Shown here piece after piece: positions 9,585 to 19,739 of a DNA stretch of 64,000 nt (position 1 is its first letter; each line of letters opens with the position of its first letter). The notes below the pieces were generated by a model that was not told the origin of the DNA, searched no databases, and saw only the letters and a list, made by a program, of their open reading frames with translations. A program made the translations under genes and the position numbers. The stretch covers positions 12,614 to 76,613 of the forward strand of contig CAWKAO010000001.1 in the NCBI GenBank assembly GCA_963847665.1, written 5' to 3'. The stretch is from an uncultured Actinomycetes bacterium (lineage in GTDB: Bacteria; Actinomycetota; Humimicrobiia; Humimicrobiales; Humimicrobiaceae).

Positions 9585-10562
9585 TTGAAAATACCTTTCT
9601 ATAGAATGCCTATGAGTTTAAATAAGAAAGATAGATATTTCACGATTCTTGTACTATCTAATGCAGAATCAAAGGTAAAAAAATTTAAAATACATCATAA
9701 CTGGTTACGGTTCTCCTTTATATTTGCCGGGATCGTAGTCTTGTTGATGGTCACACTGGTTACAAATATATCACTTGTACGAAACCAGCTTGATAATAAA
9801 GTAGCCGAACTGGACAGGTTAAAGGAAGTCATCAGCTATAAGGAAATAGAGATAGCCAACCTCGACTCAAAGTCAAATGAGATAAAAGCAAAAGCAAAAA
9901 TTCTTGAGGATTACCTTGCACAGGTAGAAGATCTTGACAAGATGGTAAGGGATATAACCGGCAAAGGCGGTTATGAGACCCAGGTAGCCATATATAATTC
10001 GGACCTCAATGCAGGGATAGATATGGCAAGTGATACCGGAGAGATCTTCTATTATGATTTTACAGAAGCGGAAGACCTCGACAATATCAATAAGATCCTT
10101 GATGACCTCATTGCTAAAGCACCTGAAATGGGGGTAAAGCTTTCTCAGGATAAGCAGCATATGGAGGACCATATCTATCTTATAGAGCACACTCCATCGA
10201 TCTGGCCCACCTCTGGAGTAATAAGCAGTACCTTCAATGAATACAGGGGAGGGGGTCATCACCATGGTGGTGTCGATATTGCAAATAATGTTGGAACACC
10301 TGTCGATGCTTCTGCAGCCGGAGTTGTAATATTTGCCGGCAGGAACCAGGGCTTTGGTAATGAAGTCATAATCTTCCATGGATTCGGGTTCATGACTGTT
10401 TATGGCCATCTTAACAAGATATTCGTAAATGTCGGTGATGAAGTGACCAAGGACCAGAAGATAGGTGAGATGGGTAACACAGGATACTCAACGGGTCCCC
10501 ACCTTCATTATGAAGTGATATTAAATAATGTTCAGGTAGACCCTGTAGAATATCTGCCTTAG
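9585..10562 (+). CDS. M23 family metallopeptidase with N-terminal TM helix and coiled-coil
   Basis: HHGGVDIA...GTPV.A...G.V.FAG and GNTGYSTGPHLHYEV are M23/LytM motifs. Confidence 0.85.
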   Translation: MKIPFYRMPMSLNKKDRYFTILVLSNAESKVKKFKIHHNWLRFSFIFAGIVVLLMVTLVTNISLVRNQLDNKVAELDRLKEVISYKEIEIANLDSKSNEIKAKAKILEDYLAQVEDLDKMVRDITGKGGYETQVAIYNSDLNAGIDMASDTGEIFYYDFTEAEDLDNINKILDDLIAKAPEMGVKLSQDKQHMEDHIYLIEHTPSIWPTSGVISSTFNEYRGGGHHHGGVDIANNVGTPVDASAAGVVIFAGRNQGFGNEVIIFHGFGFMTVYGHLNKIFVNVGDEVTKDQKIGEMGNTGYSTGPHLHYEVILNNVQVDPVEYLP

Positions 10563-10616
10563 AGATACTTATGGAACACCATACAACATAAGTTATTTGA
10601 ATTCAGCCAGTCGTCT

Positions 10617-10976
10617 TCAATGAGTTATTGTTATCTCACCGCCAAAAATAAAAAGTATCCTCACCGGGATCTCCCTTGATATTATCTGATGGTCAGTTTC
10701 TTTCGGGATAAATATAAAATCTCCTTTTTTTATATCTTCGATCCTGTCTGCTATCTTTATCTGGCCTTTTCCGGAAAGGACATATAATGCTTCCTCGACA
10801 TCATGGCTGTGATTAAGGGATATCTTGTCTTTAGAGAAATGCACTATACCAAGATTTAAAGACTTACTGTCTATATATCCCTGCGGACCAAAAGCAAATT
10901 TTACCCATCTGTCATCAAATATCTTTGGGGCGATATCCTTAATATCAAAAATAGTATTTTTTACCTTTTTTTGCAT
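10617..10976 (-). CDS. Cupin-domain protein
   Basis: HSHDVEEALYVLSGKG...GDFIFIPKETDHQI is a cupin fold signature. The start was moved to the ATG at 10974-10976, which follows AAGGAAGGA. Confidence 0.6.
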   Translation of the reverse strand: MQKKVKNTIFDIKDIAPKIFDDRWVKFAFGPQGYIDSKSLNLGIVHFSKDKISLNHSHDVEEALYVLSGKGQIKIADRIEDIKKGDFIFIPKETDHQIISREIPVRILFIFGGEITITH

Positions 10977-11140
10977 GTATCCTTCCTTTTTGGTAATGAT
11001 CATTTTAAAAATTTTCCGATACCTTCCTCTTATTGTTCTGTTTATCCCATCAAACATATATTAATAAAGATTGATTTGATTTTAAATATCAACAGTAATA
11101 TTATTTAGATGATATGATTTTAGAGAACGGATGTGTCGAT

Positions 11141-11302
11141 AATGGAAGAAAACCAGTATGAAAGAAAAGAACCTGATGCAACTCAGAATGCAGGTTGTTT
11201 TCAGTGCGAAAAAACTTCATGTGATTGTGGGAATAATGATGATTATATAAATAAGCTAGTCAGTTGCATAACAAAAGAAGTCATGGACAGGCTGGGTAAT
11301 TA
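11141..11302 (+). CDS. Small Cys-rich protein of 53 aa, missing from the ORF track because it is under 60 aa
   Basis: Translation is MEENQYERKEPDATQNAGCFQCEKTSCDCGNNDDYINKLVSCITKEVMDRLGN, with a CxxC-x4-CxC motif. It sits between two minus-strand genes. Confidence 0.25.
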
Positions 11303-11321
11303 AAGCATAAAACAAAAAGTC

Positions 11322-11975
11322 TTATATAATAAAAAAGTCAATTATAAATCTTACTCCAAGATAGATCAGGAACGCACTGCACGCCAGTAATATTGTTATA
11401 TAGATCTTCTGGTTAAAAAATTTCCTTCCTGTACTGATTATAAACCCTATGAACAGGTACCAAATAAAGTCTGCCAGTATATGTCCGGTATAAAACAGGG
11501 AAACACCTCCAATGCCGTAGGCAACACTCTTAACCATAAATGCAGCCCCCACAGTCAACCACCAGATATACCAGTATGGGTTTGCAAGACTTATCAGTAT
11601 ACCTTTGCCTACTATGATAAATGTGTTTTTTGTCCCGAGTTCATTTCTTAAATTTTTTGTGCCAAGCTCCAGTTTTACTTTTTTTCTGAGTACGGAGACT
11701 ATAATACTTATTGCCATATAAAGAAGGAAAAATCCCCCTGTAATACTGATTATCTTTACTGTAAGCGGGTTATCCAGGTATTTTAAGATACCGAGATAAA
11801 AACTGATAACGATCAGAAGTTCAAGGATAGAATGTCCTACAACAATAAAAAATGATGACCAGAACCCTTTTTCAGCAACACTTTTGATGACCAGGGTAAA
11901 CATAGGGCCCGGAACCAGGGCACCACTGAACGCTACGATCAGTGATCCAAAAAAGATTTCAGTTATCAAATTCAT
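11322..11975 (-). CDS. LysE/RhtB-type exporter family membrane protein
   Basis: N-terminal ALVPGPMF and mid-protein SLANPYWYIWW (NP..W) resemble LysE motifs. There are 6 predicted TM segments and an internal short tandem ELGTKN x2. Confidence 0.45.
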   Translation of the reverse strand: MNLITEIFFGSLIVAFSGALVPGPMFTLVIKSVAEKGFWSSFFIVVGHSILELLIVISFYLGILKYLDNPLTVKIISITGGFFLLYMAISIIVSVLRKKVKLELGTKNLRNELGTKNTFIIVGKGILISLANPYWYIWWLTVGAAFMVKSVAYGIGGVSLFYTGHILADFIWYLFIGFIISTGRKFFNQKIYITILLACSAFLIYLGVRFIIDFFII

Positions 11976-12634
11976 CTGACCCTATTGGTAAGTCTGCCTA
12001 TGCCTTCTATTTCACATACCACTACATCACCCGGTTGCAGGAATTTTTTCCCTTCTGTAAAAAGACCCACACCTGCAGGTGTACCAGTGGCCACCAGGTC
12101 CCCGGCTTCAAGGGTCATGGATCCAGATATAAAGGATATAAGCTCAAATATCTTGAATATCATCTCGCCAGTATTTGAGTCCTGCCTTTTTTCTCCATTT
12201 ACAAAAGACTTCAGGTCCAGGTCTTGGGGGTCGGATATTATTTCTTTTTTGACTATGACCGGCCCGATGGGAGCAAAGGTATCGAAACTTTTTCCCCGGA
12301 ACCACTGGTCCTCTCCCTTCTGGATGTCCCTGGCAGTCACATCGTTTATTATTGTATAACCGTATATATGGTCCAGTACTTCTTCAGCTTTCAGGTCCTT
12401 GGCATTTCTTCCTATTATTATTGCAAGCTCGACTTCATAATCAAGCTGCCTGGTCTGGTCCGGATAAATGATATCTTCGCCGTCTTTTATAATTGCAGTG
12501 CTTGCTTTACAGAATAAGACCGGCCTGGATGGGAATCGACCATCCTGTTCCTTTATATGTGATCTGTAATTCATCCCAATGCATACGATCTTTCCCGGCC
12601 TGTAAGACTCTACCTTAAAATTTTTGTCTTCCAT
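11972..12634 (-). CDS. Fumarylacetoacetate hydrolase (FAH) family protein
   Basis: KIVCIGMNYRSH, DYEVELAIIIG and INDVTARDIQ are present. The start was moved to the MEDKNF ATG, which follows GGAGGA. Confidence 0.8.
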   Translation of the reverse strand: MEDKNFKVESYRPGKIVCIGMNYRSHIKEQDGRFPSRPVLFCKASTAIIKDGEDIIYPDQTRQLDYEVELAIIIGRNAKDLKAEEVLDHIYGYTIINDVTARDIQKGEDQWFRGKSFDTFAPIGPVIVKKEIISDPQDLDLKSFVNGEKRQDSNTGEMIFKIFELISFISGSMTLEAGDLVATGTPAGVGLFTEGKKFLQPGDVVVCEIEGIGRLTNRVR

Positions 12635-12872
12635 TTGTCCTCCATTATTTTTATATTTCATTTTAACAATAAAATGAAATGACTTATTATTGTAATATAA
12701 TGGTACATTGCTTTTCAAATCTTATTCCAGGATATTCTTGAAAATGCTGGTTTATTTTGATTATCGGTAATATTTATTTTTTTATACTTTTTTGCTTGAA
12801 TTAGATTATTTTACTGTTATAATAACTCAATAATTCGTGTCTGAATAATTAATTACATACCTATAGAGGGCA

Positions 12873-13244
12873 ATGCAAGAACAGTATATAGTAAATTATT
12901 TTACACTCGGCCTTTTCTTTATATTCAGTATAATCTTTGTACCACTGATAGTTTTTATTACAAAATTCCTTGCACCAAATAATCCGACCGAGGAAAAACT
13001 CCTGACATATGAATGCGGTGTCCCAGCGCGCGCAGGCATTTTTGCCCACTTCTATGTAAGGTATTATATATTTGCCTTTCTTTTCGTTATCTTTGACGTG
13101 GAGGCAGTATTCTTATTCCCCTGGGCTGTAAATTTCAGGGCCCTGGGTGTAGCTGGCCTGGTCTCTGTCTTTATTTTTATAATCATACTTATACTCGGGC
13201 TCGCCTATGCCTGGAAAAAGGGAATATTAAAATGGGTTTCTTAG
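12873..13244 (+). CDS. nuoA: NADH-quinone oxidoreductase subunit A
   Basis: YECG...FLFPWA motif, three TM helices, first gene of the operon. Confidence 0.9.
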   Translation: MQEQYIVNYFTLGLFFIFSIIFVPLIVFITKFLAPNNPTEEKLLTYECGVPARAGIFAHFYVRYYIFAFLFVIFDVEAVFLFPWAVNFRALGVAGLVSVFIFIIILILGLAYAWKKGILKWVS

Positions 13245-13714
13245 AGGACCGTTACCAAAAACCAAATATTATAACGCTCACTTATGACAAACTGATGAAT
13301 GCTGCAAGGAGCCGGTCACTCTGGTACCTGACATTCGGAGTAGCCTGCTGTGCTATTGAGTTTATGGCAGCTGCAGCATCGCATTATGATTTTGAAAGAT
13401 ATGGGATGTTTTTCCGCGCTTCACCAAGACAGGTGGATATGATAATCATCTCCGGGACAATAACGAGAAAATATGCTCCGGTCGTCAAAAGATTATACGA
13501 ACAGATGGCTGAGCCTAAATATGTTGTGGCCATGGGCTCCTGTGCAATAACAGGCGGCCCATTTTATGATTCATACAGTGTCGTCCAGGGTGTCGATAGG
13601 ATAATACCTGTAGATGTTTATGTCCAGGGATGCCCTCCCAGGCCGGAAGCACTTTTTAAGGGTTTGTTGAAATTAAAAGATGTAGTAAACAGGCAAACGA
13701 TAGTCGTTAAGTAA
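13232..13714 (+). CDS. nuoB: NADH-quinone oxidoreductase subunit B
   Basis: CCAIE...GSCAITGG...GCPPRPE are the N2 cluster ligand motifs. Confidence 0.95.
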   Translation: MGFLEDRYQKPNIITLTYDKLMNAARSRSLWYLTFGVACCAIEFMAAAASHYDFERYGMFFRASPRQVDMIIISGTITRKYAPVVKRLYEQMAEPKYVVAMGSCAITGGPFYDSYSVVQGVDRIIPVDVYVQGCPPRPEALFKGLLKLKDVVNRQTIVVK

Positions 13715-13736
13715 AATTATTTAAAAGTAGATCAAG

Positions 13737-14255
13737 ATGGAAATATTCGAATATAAATATAGAGAAACAGACAATACAGAAATAATCACTGCAATAGAAA
13801 AGCGTGCAAAAGATGCAAATATCCAGGTAGAGTTTATGGAGACCTCAGGACAGCTGTTCTGCCAGGTAGAAGCTTCTGACATCATCGGTTGCTGCAGAAT
13901 ACTGAACAGTGATGGGGAATTGAGTTTTGAATATTTAAAATGTCTGACTGCTGTAGACTATATAGAATATCTTGAAATGGTCTACTGCCTCTATTCCTTT
14001 AAGAATAACTGGTCCATAAATATTAAAGCCAGGCTGGATGCAGTAAAGCCAAAAATAGATTCTATTACAGGAATATACAGGGGAGCAGACTGGCCGGAAA
14101 GAGAGACTGCAGAAATGTTTGGAATAGATATTACCGGACATCCGGATAAGAGGCCTCTACTTCTTGCTGGAGATGAAGAAATACCACCACTGAGAAAAAG
14201 TTTTGAAATAAATTGGGAACATAGAGAATATATACCACCTGCAAAATTTGAGTAG
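13737..14255 (+). CDS. nuoC: NADH-quinone oxidoreductase subunit C (30 kDa)
   Basis: Position in the operon and ERE...FGI....HPD motif. Confidence 0.85.
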   Translation: MEIFEYKYRETDNTEIITAIEKRAKDANIQVEFMETSGQLFCQVEASDIIGCCRILNSDGELSFEYLKCLTAVDYIEYLEMVYCLYSFKNNWSINIKARLDAVKPKIDSITGIYRGADWPERETAEMFGIDITGHPDKRPLLLAGDEEIPPLRKSFEINWEHREYIPPAKFE

Positions 14256-14299
14256 CCTTTAAAGGGACAGGATTTATTTAAGGACTGATTTTAGTAAAG

Positions 14300-15427
14300 A
14301 TGTACGAAGAAAAAGAAATGTTAATAGAAGATCTTCCGAAGGACTATATGGAAGTCAACTTCGGGCCTCACCATCCTTCCACCCATGGTGTTTTCAGGTT
14401 TATTGCAAATGTGGATGGCGAGAAAATAGTATCTGTAGATCCTGTTATCGGTTATCTTCACAGAGGTATTGAAAAACTTGCAGAAAACCGGACATATGTC
14501 CAGTTTAAACCCCTGGTGGACAGGCTTGATTATACAGGTGCTTTAAATAATGAACTCTGTTATTGCCAGGCAGTAGAAAAACTTGCCGAGATAGAGGTCC
14601 CAGAAAAAGCCCAGGCAATAAGGGTACTGGTCGCCGAGCTTAACAGAATAGCCGCACATCTTATATTTTTCAGTGCCATGGGACTTGAGACAGGAGCTTT
14701 TTCACCCCTTTTGTTTGGATTTATCGACAGGGAACTTATCTTAAACCTGCTGGAGATGCTTGCTGGAGGCAGGTTGACTTTCAATTATATATCTATAGGC
14801 GGCGTAAGGCAGGATATACCCGAAGGCTTTGAAAAAAAGCTGGATGCTTTTCTAAAACAATTTCCCAAAAAGATGAAAAGATTTGAGGAACTTCTTACAG
14901 GAAATGAGATATTTATAAACAGGGTAAAAAATATTGGAATATTAAAAAAAGAAGATCTCATGAACTGGGGTGCAAGCGGCCCTGTCCTCAGGGGCTCCGG
15001 TGTGAGATTTGATATAAGAAAAGTGGAACCATACAGCGGTTACGAGAAATATGATTTTGAAATACCTGTCGGTACAAACGGAGATGTCCTTGACAGGTAT
15101 ATGGTCAGGATGGCAGAAATAACGCAATCAGTAAGGATAGTCGAGCAGGCAATGTCGGGTATGCCTTCAGGCGATTTCAATGCAAATGTCCCAAGAGTAT
15201 TAAAACCGCCAGAGGGAGAGCTTTATTACAGAAATGAAGGGACCAAGGGTGAGCTTGGTTTTTATATAGTCAGCAGGGGTGATAAAAATCCTTACAGGCT
15301 TAAAATAAGGACTCCGTCCTTTACCCATATAAATATGCTTGACTTTGCATTGAGCGGCAATTATATCGCTGATGCAATAGTCATCCTTGGAAGTTTTGAT
15401 ACCGTGATGGGAAGCTGTGACAGGTAA
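14300..15427 (+). CDS. nuoD: NADH-quinone oxidoreductase subunit D (49 kDa)
   Basis: NFGPHHPSTHGVFR, LHRGIEKL and R.DY motifs. Confidence 0.95.
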   Translation: MYEEKEMLIEDLPKDYMEVNFGPHHPSTHGVFRFIANVDGEKIVSVDPVIGYLHRGIEKLAENRTYVQFKPLVDRLDYTGALNNELCYCQAVEKLAEIEVPEKAQAIRVLVAELNRIAAHLIFFSAMGLETGAFSPLLFGFIDRELILNLLEMLAGGRLTFNYISIGGVRQDIPEGFEKKLDAFLKQFPKKMKRFEELLTGNEIFINRVKNIGILKKEDLMNWGASGPVLRGSGVRFDIRKVEPYSGYEKYDFEIPVGTNGDVLDRYMVRMAEITQSVRIVEQAMSGMPSGDFNANVPRVLKPPEGELYYRNEGTKGELGFYIVSRGDKNPYRLKIRTPSFTHINMLDFALSGNYIADAIVILGSFDTVMGSCDR

Positions 15428-15459
15428 TGGATATTATGGAATAAAAAACGGGAGAGTTA

Positions 15460-16446
15460 ATGGTCTGGTGGATTGAGCTTCTATGGGCTCTTCTAAAACT
15501 TGTGATAGCAGTTATGTTTATATTTATAACTGCGCTGGTACTCATCTGGATGCTCAGGAAGGTCATGGGTCATATGCAGTACAGAAGGGGTCCGCGCCAC
15601 CATGGGCCGCATGGAATTTTCCAGACCATATTTGATGCAGTAAAACTTCTTGGCAAGGAAGACATAGTCCCCAAAGGTGTTGACAGATGGACATATGTCT
15701 GGGCACCCATAATAATATTCATACCGTCACTTACAGCATTTGCATTCCTGCCTTTTGCAGAAAAAATAGTTGCGACAAATATTGAGGTCAGCCTCTTTTT
15801 TGTCCTTGCCATAATGGGTCTTTCTATAATCGCACTTGTGATGGCAGGGTGGGGTTCAAACAATAAATATGCTTTGCTCGGTGGGCTTAGAAGTGCTGCG
15901 CAGATGATGTCCTATGAGATACCACTTATAATCGCTTCGATGGGTGTCGTGGTCATGGCGGGCAGTATGAACCTGACCGAGATCGTCAGGGCCCAGAATA
16001 ATATATGGTATATAGTCCCGCAGATAGTCGGGTTTTTTATTTTCTTTGTTGCTTCCCTGGCCGAGATCAACAGTACTCCTTTTGATATTCCCGAGGCTGA
16101 ATCAGAAATAGTCTCAGGTTTTAATATAGAGTACAGCGGCTTTCGGTTTGCTGCATTTTTTCTTGCTGAATTTGTCAATCTCTTTATAGTCTGTGCCCTG
16201 GCGACACTTCTGTTCCTGGGCGGATGGCAGCCATTTACAAATCCTGTATACGGGACGATATTCTTTCTGGTAAAGACATATGTACTGATATTTATTGCTA
16301 TGTGGATCAGGTCGACTTTTCCAAGATTAAGGATAGACCAGTTTATGAATTTTGGCTGGAAGGTCCTGCTGCCGTTATCACTTGCAAACCTTGTTGTCAC
16401 GGCTGTTGTAGTACTTGTAGTCGATAATTTCAGGGGAGGGGTCTAA
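15460..16446 (+). CDS. nuoH: NADH-quinone oxidoreductase subunit H. It follows nuoD directly, with no nuoEFG in between.
   Basis: MQYRRGP and the multi-TM ND1 architecture. Confidence 0.95.
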   Translation: MVWWIELLWALLKLVIAVMFIFITALVLIWMLRKVMGHMQYRRGPRHHGPHGIFQTIFDAVKLLGKEDIVPKGVDRWTYVWAPIIIFIPSLTAFAFLPFAEKIVATNIEVSLFFVLAIMGLSIIALVMAGWGSNNKYALLGGLRSAAQMMSYEIPLIIASMGVVVMAGSMNLTEIVRAQNNIWYIVPQIVGFFIFFVASLAEINSTPFDIPEAESEIVSGFNIEYSGFRFAAFFLAEFVNLFIVCALATLLFLGGWQPFTNPVYGTIFFLVKTYVLIFIAMWIRSTFPRLRIDQFMNFGWKVLLPLSLANLVVTAVVVLVVDNFRGGV

Positions 16447-16447
16447 A

Positions 16448-16882
16448 GTGTACGGAACAGGCCTTATTAAAGGATTAAAGACTACACTTAGGGCTTTCTT
16501 CTCCAAGCCTGTGACCATTATGTGGCCTTACGAAAAGGTGGAGATAGCAGACCGCGGCCAGGGCCTTATAAGGTTGAGGGTCACAAATAAAGATCCTGTG
16601 GTCTATAAGTGTACAGGTTGCGGGATATGTGCAAAAAACTGTCCGCAGCACTGTATTACTGTCGTCAAGAAAGAAAATGAAAAACAGCCTGAAGAATACA
16701 CTGTAAATTATGGTCTCTGTATGTTCTGCAGGATCTGTATTGATACCTGTCCTTTTAATGCTCTGGAGCAGACCCAGGAACATGAGTTCATAGGGGAATC
16801 CCGGGAGGATTTTGTCAGGACAAAAGAAGAACTTATGATGGAGACGATTTATATAGAAGAAGATAAAGATGAAAAGGAGTAA
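16448..16882 (+). CDS. nuoI: NADH-quinone oxidoreductase subunit I (2x[4Fe-4S])
   Basis: CTGCGICAKNCP and CMFCRICIDTCP. GTG start. Confidence 0.9.
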   Translation: MYGTGLIKGLKTTLRAFFSKPVTIMWPYEKVEIADRGQGLIRLRVTNKDPVVYKCTGCGICAKNCPQHCITVVKKENEKQPEEYTVNYGLCMFCRICIDTCPFNALEQTQEHEFIGESREDFVRTKEELMMETIYIEEDKDEKE

Positions 16883-16906
16883 ACTATCTTAGCTTTTATT
16901 TTATTT

Positions 16907-17401
16907 TTGATCATAAGTTTTATATTGATATTTTCGGCAATAATGGTGATCACCGGAAAACATATACTCCATTCGGCATTTTATCTTGCTGCCACACTTC
17001 TGTGTGTGGCGATGTATTTTATACTGCTGAGAGCAGAATACCTTGCAGCAGTGCAGGTGCTTGTATATATCGGTTCTGTCATCGTCATGATCCTTTTTGC
17101 CCTCATGCTTACAAGGACCAAAGTTGGGGAAGAGACAAATATATCCAATAACCAGAAAGTATTTGCTGCCCTGATCTCAATGATACTATTTGCAAGCCTT
17201 GCATTTGTCTTTGGCTATACAAAAATAAATGCAGTTGCAGAAAATGCGACTGCTTTAAAAATAATATCCATAAAAGACTTTGCCTCAATACTCTTCTCAA
17301 AATATGCACTTCCCTTTGAAATAGCATCTGTACTCCTTCTTGCAGCACTTGTAGGTTCTGTAGTAATTGCCCTGAAAGAAAAAAAGGAAGGTGAGAAATA
17401 A
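16907..17401 (+). CDS. nuoJ: NADH-quinone oxidoreductase subunit J
   Basis: ND6-like TM protein with VQVLVYIGSV. Confidence 0.85.
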   Translation: MIISFILIFSAIMVITGKHILHSAFYLAATLLCVAMYFILLRAEYLAAVQVLVYIGSVIVMILFALMLTRTKVGEETNISNNQKVFAALISMILFASLAFVFGYTKINAVAENATALKIISIKDFASILFSKYALPFEIASVLLLAALVGSVVIALKEKKEGEK

Positions 17402-17730
17402 TGCAACCACAGCTGGGGCTTGACCTTAAATTGATCTATTTCCTAATAATATCAGCACTCCTTTTTGTTATAGGTCTTTATGGCGTAATAACAAGGAGGC
17501 ATCTGGTACATATACTTCTTTCAATCGAACTGATGCTTAATGCTGTACTTATCAACCTGGTGGCCTTTTCTTCCTTTACAACACCAGAGCAGCTGACAGG
17601 GCAGATGTTTGCGGTATTTGTAATAGTGGTTGCAGCCTGTGAGGTCGGAGTCGGACTTGCAATAATATTGTCGGTATACAGGAAGCGAAAATCAGTGGAT
17701 GTAGACAATATGAATATTCTTAAGTGGTAA
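17401..17730 (+). CDS. nuoK: NADH-quinone oxidoreductase subunit K
   Basis: ND4L-like, SIELMLNAV motif. The start overlaps the nuoJ stop (TAATG). Confidence 0.9.
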   Translation: MQPQLGLDLKLIYFLIISALLFVIGLYGVITRRHLVHILLSIELMLNAVLINLVAFSSFTTPEQLTGQMFAVFVIVVAACEVGVGLAIILSVYRKRKSVDVDNMNILKW

Positions 17731-17780
17731 AAAACTTTGAAGAATTTCGATATGAAAAAAAGATATCAGGAAGGTAAGAA

Positions 17781-19719
17781 TTGACTCAGTTAGTTTGGAT
17801 TATCCCATTACTGCCTTTTATAGGATTTGTGATAGCGCTGCTTCTGCGTAAAAGATATGGCGGTTTTAGTTCAAAGCTATCCACCATAATACTCGGAATC
17901 TGCATCCTGTTATCCTTTTACACCGTATATCTTGTCTATACAAAGGGTTCTTTTTCGATCGGTATGTCCTGGTACATAACAGATAAGTTTTCCATGTCCA
18001 TGGGCATGCTCGCTGACGGGTTAGCAGCGATGATGCTTGTCGTAGTCAGCATAGTAAGCTTCCTGGTACACCTGTACTCGATGGGTTATATGCATGGAGA
18101 TTCAAGGTTCAGTCTTTTCTTTACATTCCTGCAACTTTTCAGTGCATCGATGTTCGGCTTGGTTCTTGCAAACAACTACCTCCAGATGTATATATTCTGG
18201 GAACTTGTAGGGTTATGTTCATACCTGCTTATCGGGTTCTGGTATGAAAAACAATCTGCAAGTGATGCTGCCAAGAAAGCATTCCTGACTACCAGGGTTG
18301 GTGATGTAGGTATGATGATAGGTATGCTGCTTATATTTTTTACGACAGGCTCTTTTGCTTTTGGAGACATATTCGGGATGGTGGAAGCCGGTACGATACC
18401 GGCAACAATATTGACAGCATCATCAATTCTGCTTTTCTGTGGGGCTGTCGGAAAATCGGCACAGTTTCCTCTTCATGTATGGTTGCCTGATGCAATGGAA
18501 GGCCCGACACCGGTGAGTGCACTGATACATGCTGCAACGATGGTCGCTGCAGGTGTTTACCTTGTCGGCAGGAGTTTTCCGCTGTTTTCTGCTTCACCGC
18601 AGGCTATGATGACTGTAGCAATAATAGGGGTGTTTACTGCAATATTTGCTGCAACAATTGCTGTCGTCCAGACTGATATAAAAAAGATACTTGCATATTC
18701 TACAATAAGCCAGCTCGGTTATATGATATTTGCCCTTGGTATGGGAGCATATGTTGCAGGACTCTTCCACCTTATGACTCATGCTTTCTTTAAAGCTCTT
18801 CTATTCCTTGGTGCCGGAAGTGTCATCCATGCTACCGGGACGCAGGAAATAAGTGAGATGGGAGGACTTGCCAAGAAGATGAAGGTCACCACATGGACCT
18901 TTGTCATAGGATCCCTTTCACTTTCAGGTTTTCCAATTTTTGCAGGTTTCTGGAGCAAGGACGAAATACTTGGTTTTGCATTCGATACTGGAAGATATGT
19001 ATTTTTTGCTATAGGTGCTTTTACTGCATTTCTAACAGCATTTTATATGTTCAGGCTTATCTTTGTGGTATTTGCCGGCAAACAAAGCCATGCATCAGAA
19101 CATGCCCATGAATCGCCAAAGACAATGACAATTCCACTTGTGATACTTTCAGTGCTTGCTGTGATCGCAGGATATATCGGTGCACCTTTTGTAAGCGGAG
19201 ATTATCAGTATTGGAGAATTTATAAAAAGCGGGATGCATGTGGAGCATGTGGAATTTAATTTTATCCCGATGGCAATATCTGTCGTGGTCGCGCTTCTCG
19301 GTATACTACTGGCATATCTGATGTATGGCAAAAAAGTCATACGGACAGACTGGTTCTACAGGTTTGTAAAACCATATTATAGGGTCCTGAAAAATAAGTA
19401 TTATATGGATGAATTCTATTCCCGTGCTGTTATCAGACCAGGTATAAAGTTTGCTAATATGGTCAACTGGTTTGATAAGCATATAATAGACGGCTTTGTA
19501 AATGGAGTAAGTAAAATAACAATTCTCATATCAAAGGGAGTTCATTTCTTTGATCTTGGGGTTATTGACGGAATGGTAAACTGGACAGCTAATGAGACTT
19601 TTAACAGCGGTAAGAGACTCAGATTACTGCAGACCGGAAATATCAGCGGATATGCAATTGTCATGTTCGGAGTTCTTGCTGTTTATGTTATTTATTTAAT
19701 AATCAGGACTGGTTTTTAA
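17781..19719 (+). CDS. nuoL: NADH-quinone oxidoreductase subunit L, carrying a single frameshift near 19225-19240 in an A5 run
   Basis: The 492-aa ORF carries the ND5 core (WLPDAMEGPTPVSALIHAATMV). The overlapping 161-aa ORF at 19234-19719 is the NuoL C-terminal extension. The combined length of about 650 aa is typical. Confidence 0.85.
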
Positions 19720-19739
19720 AAGAGAGGCAGGAGGCATGA

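Noticed and set aside
9873-10409. 178-aa minus-strand ORF
   Set aside because: It lies entirely within and antisense to the well-supported M23 peptidase gene. It has no RBS and a Cys/Ile-rich composition typical of AT-rich antisense frames.
15912-16400. 162-aa minus-strand ORF inside nuoH, and similar antisense ORFs in nuoL/M/N, gyrB, gyrA, tkt, E2 and lpdA
   Set aside because: They are shadow ORFs opposite strongly conserved genes. Examples are 18176-18782, 20240-20596, 34790-35734, 36814-37728, 46936-47325, 48193-49179 and 50780-51391.
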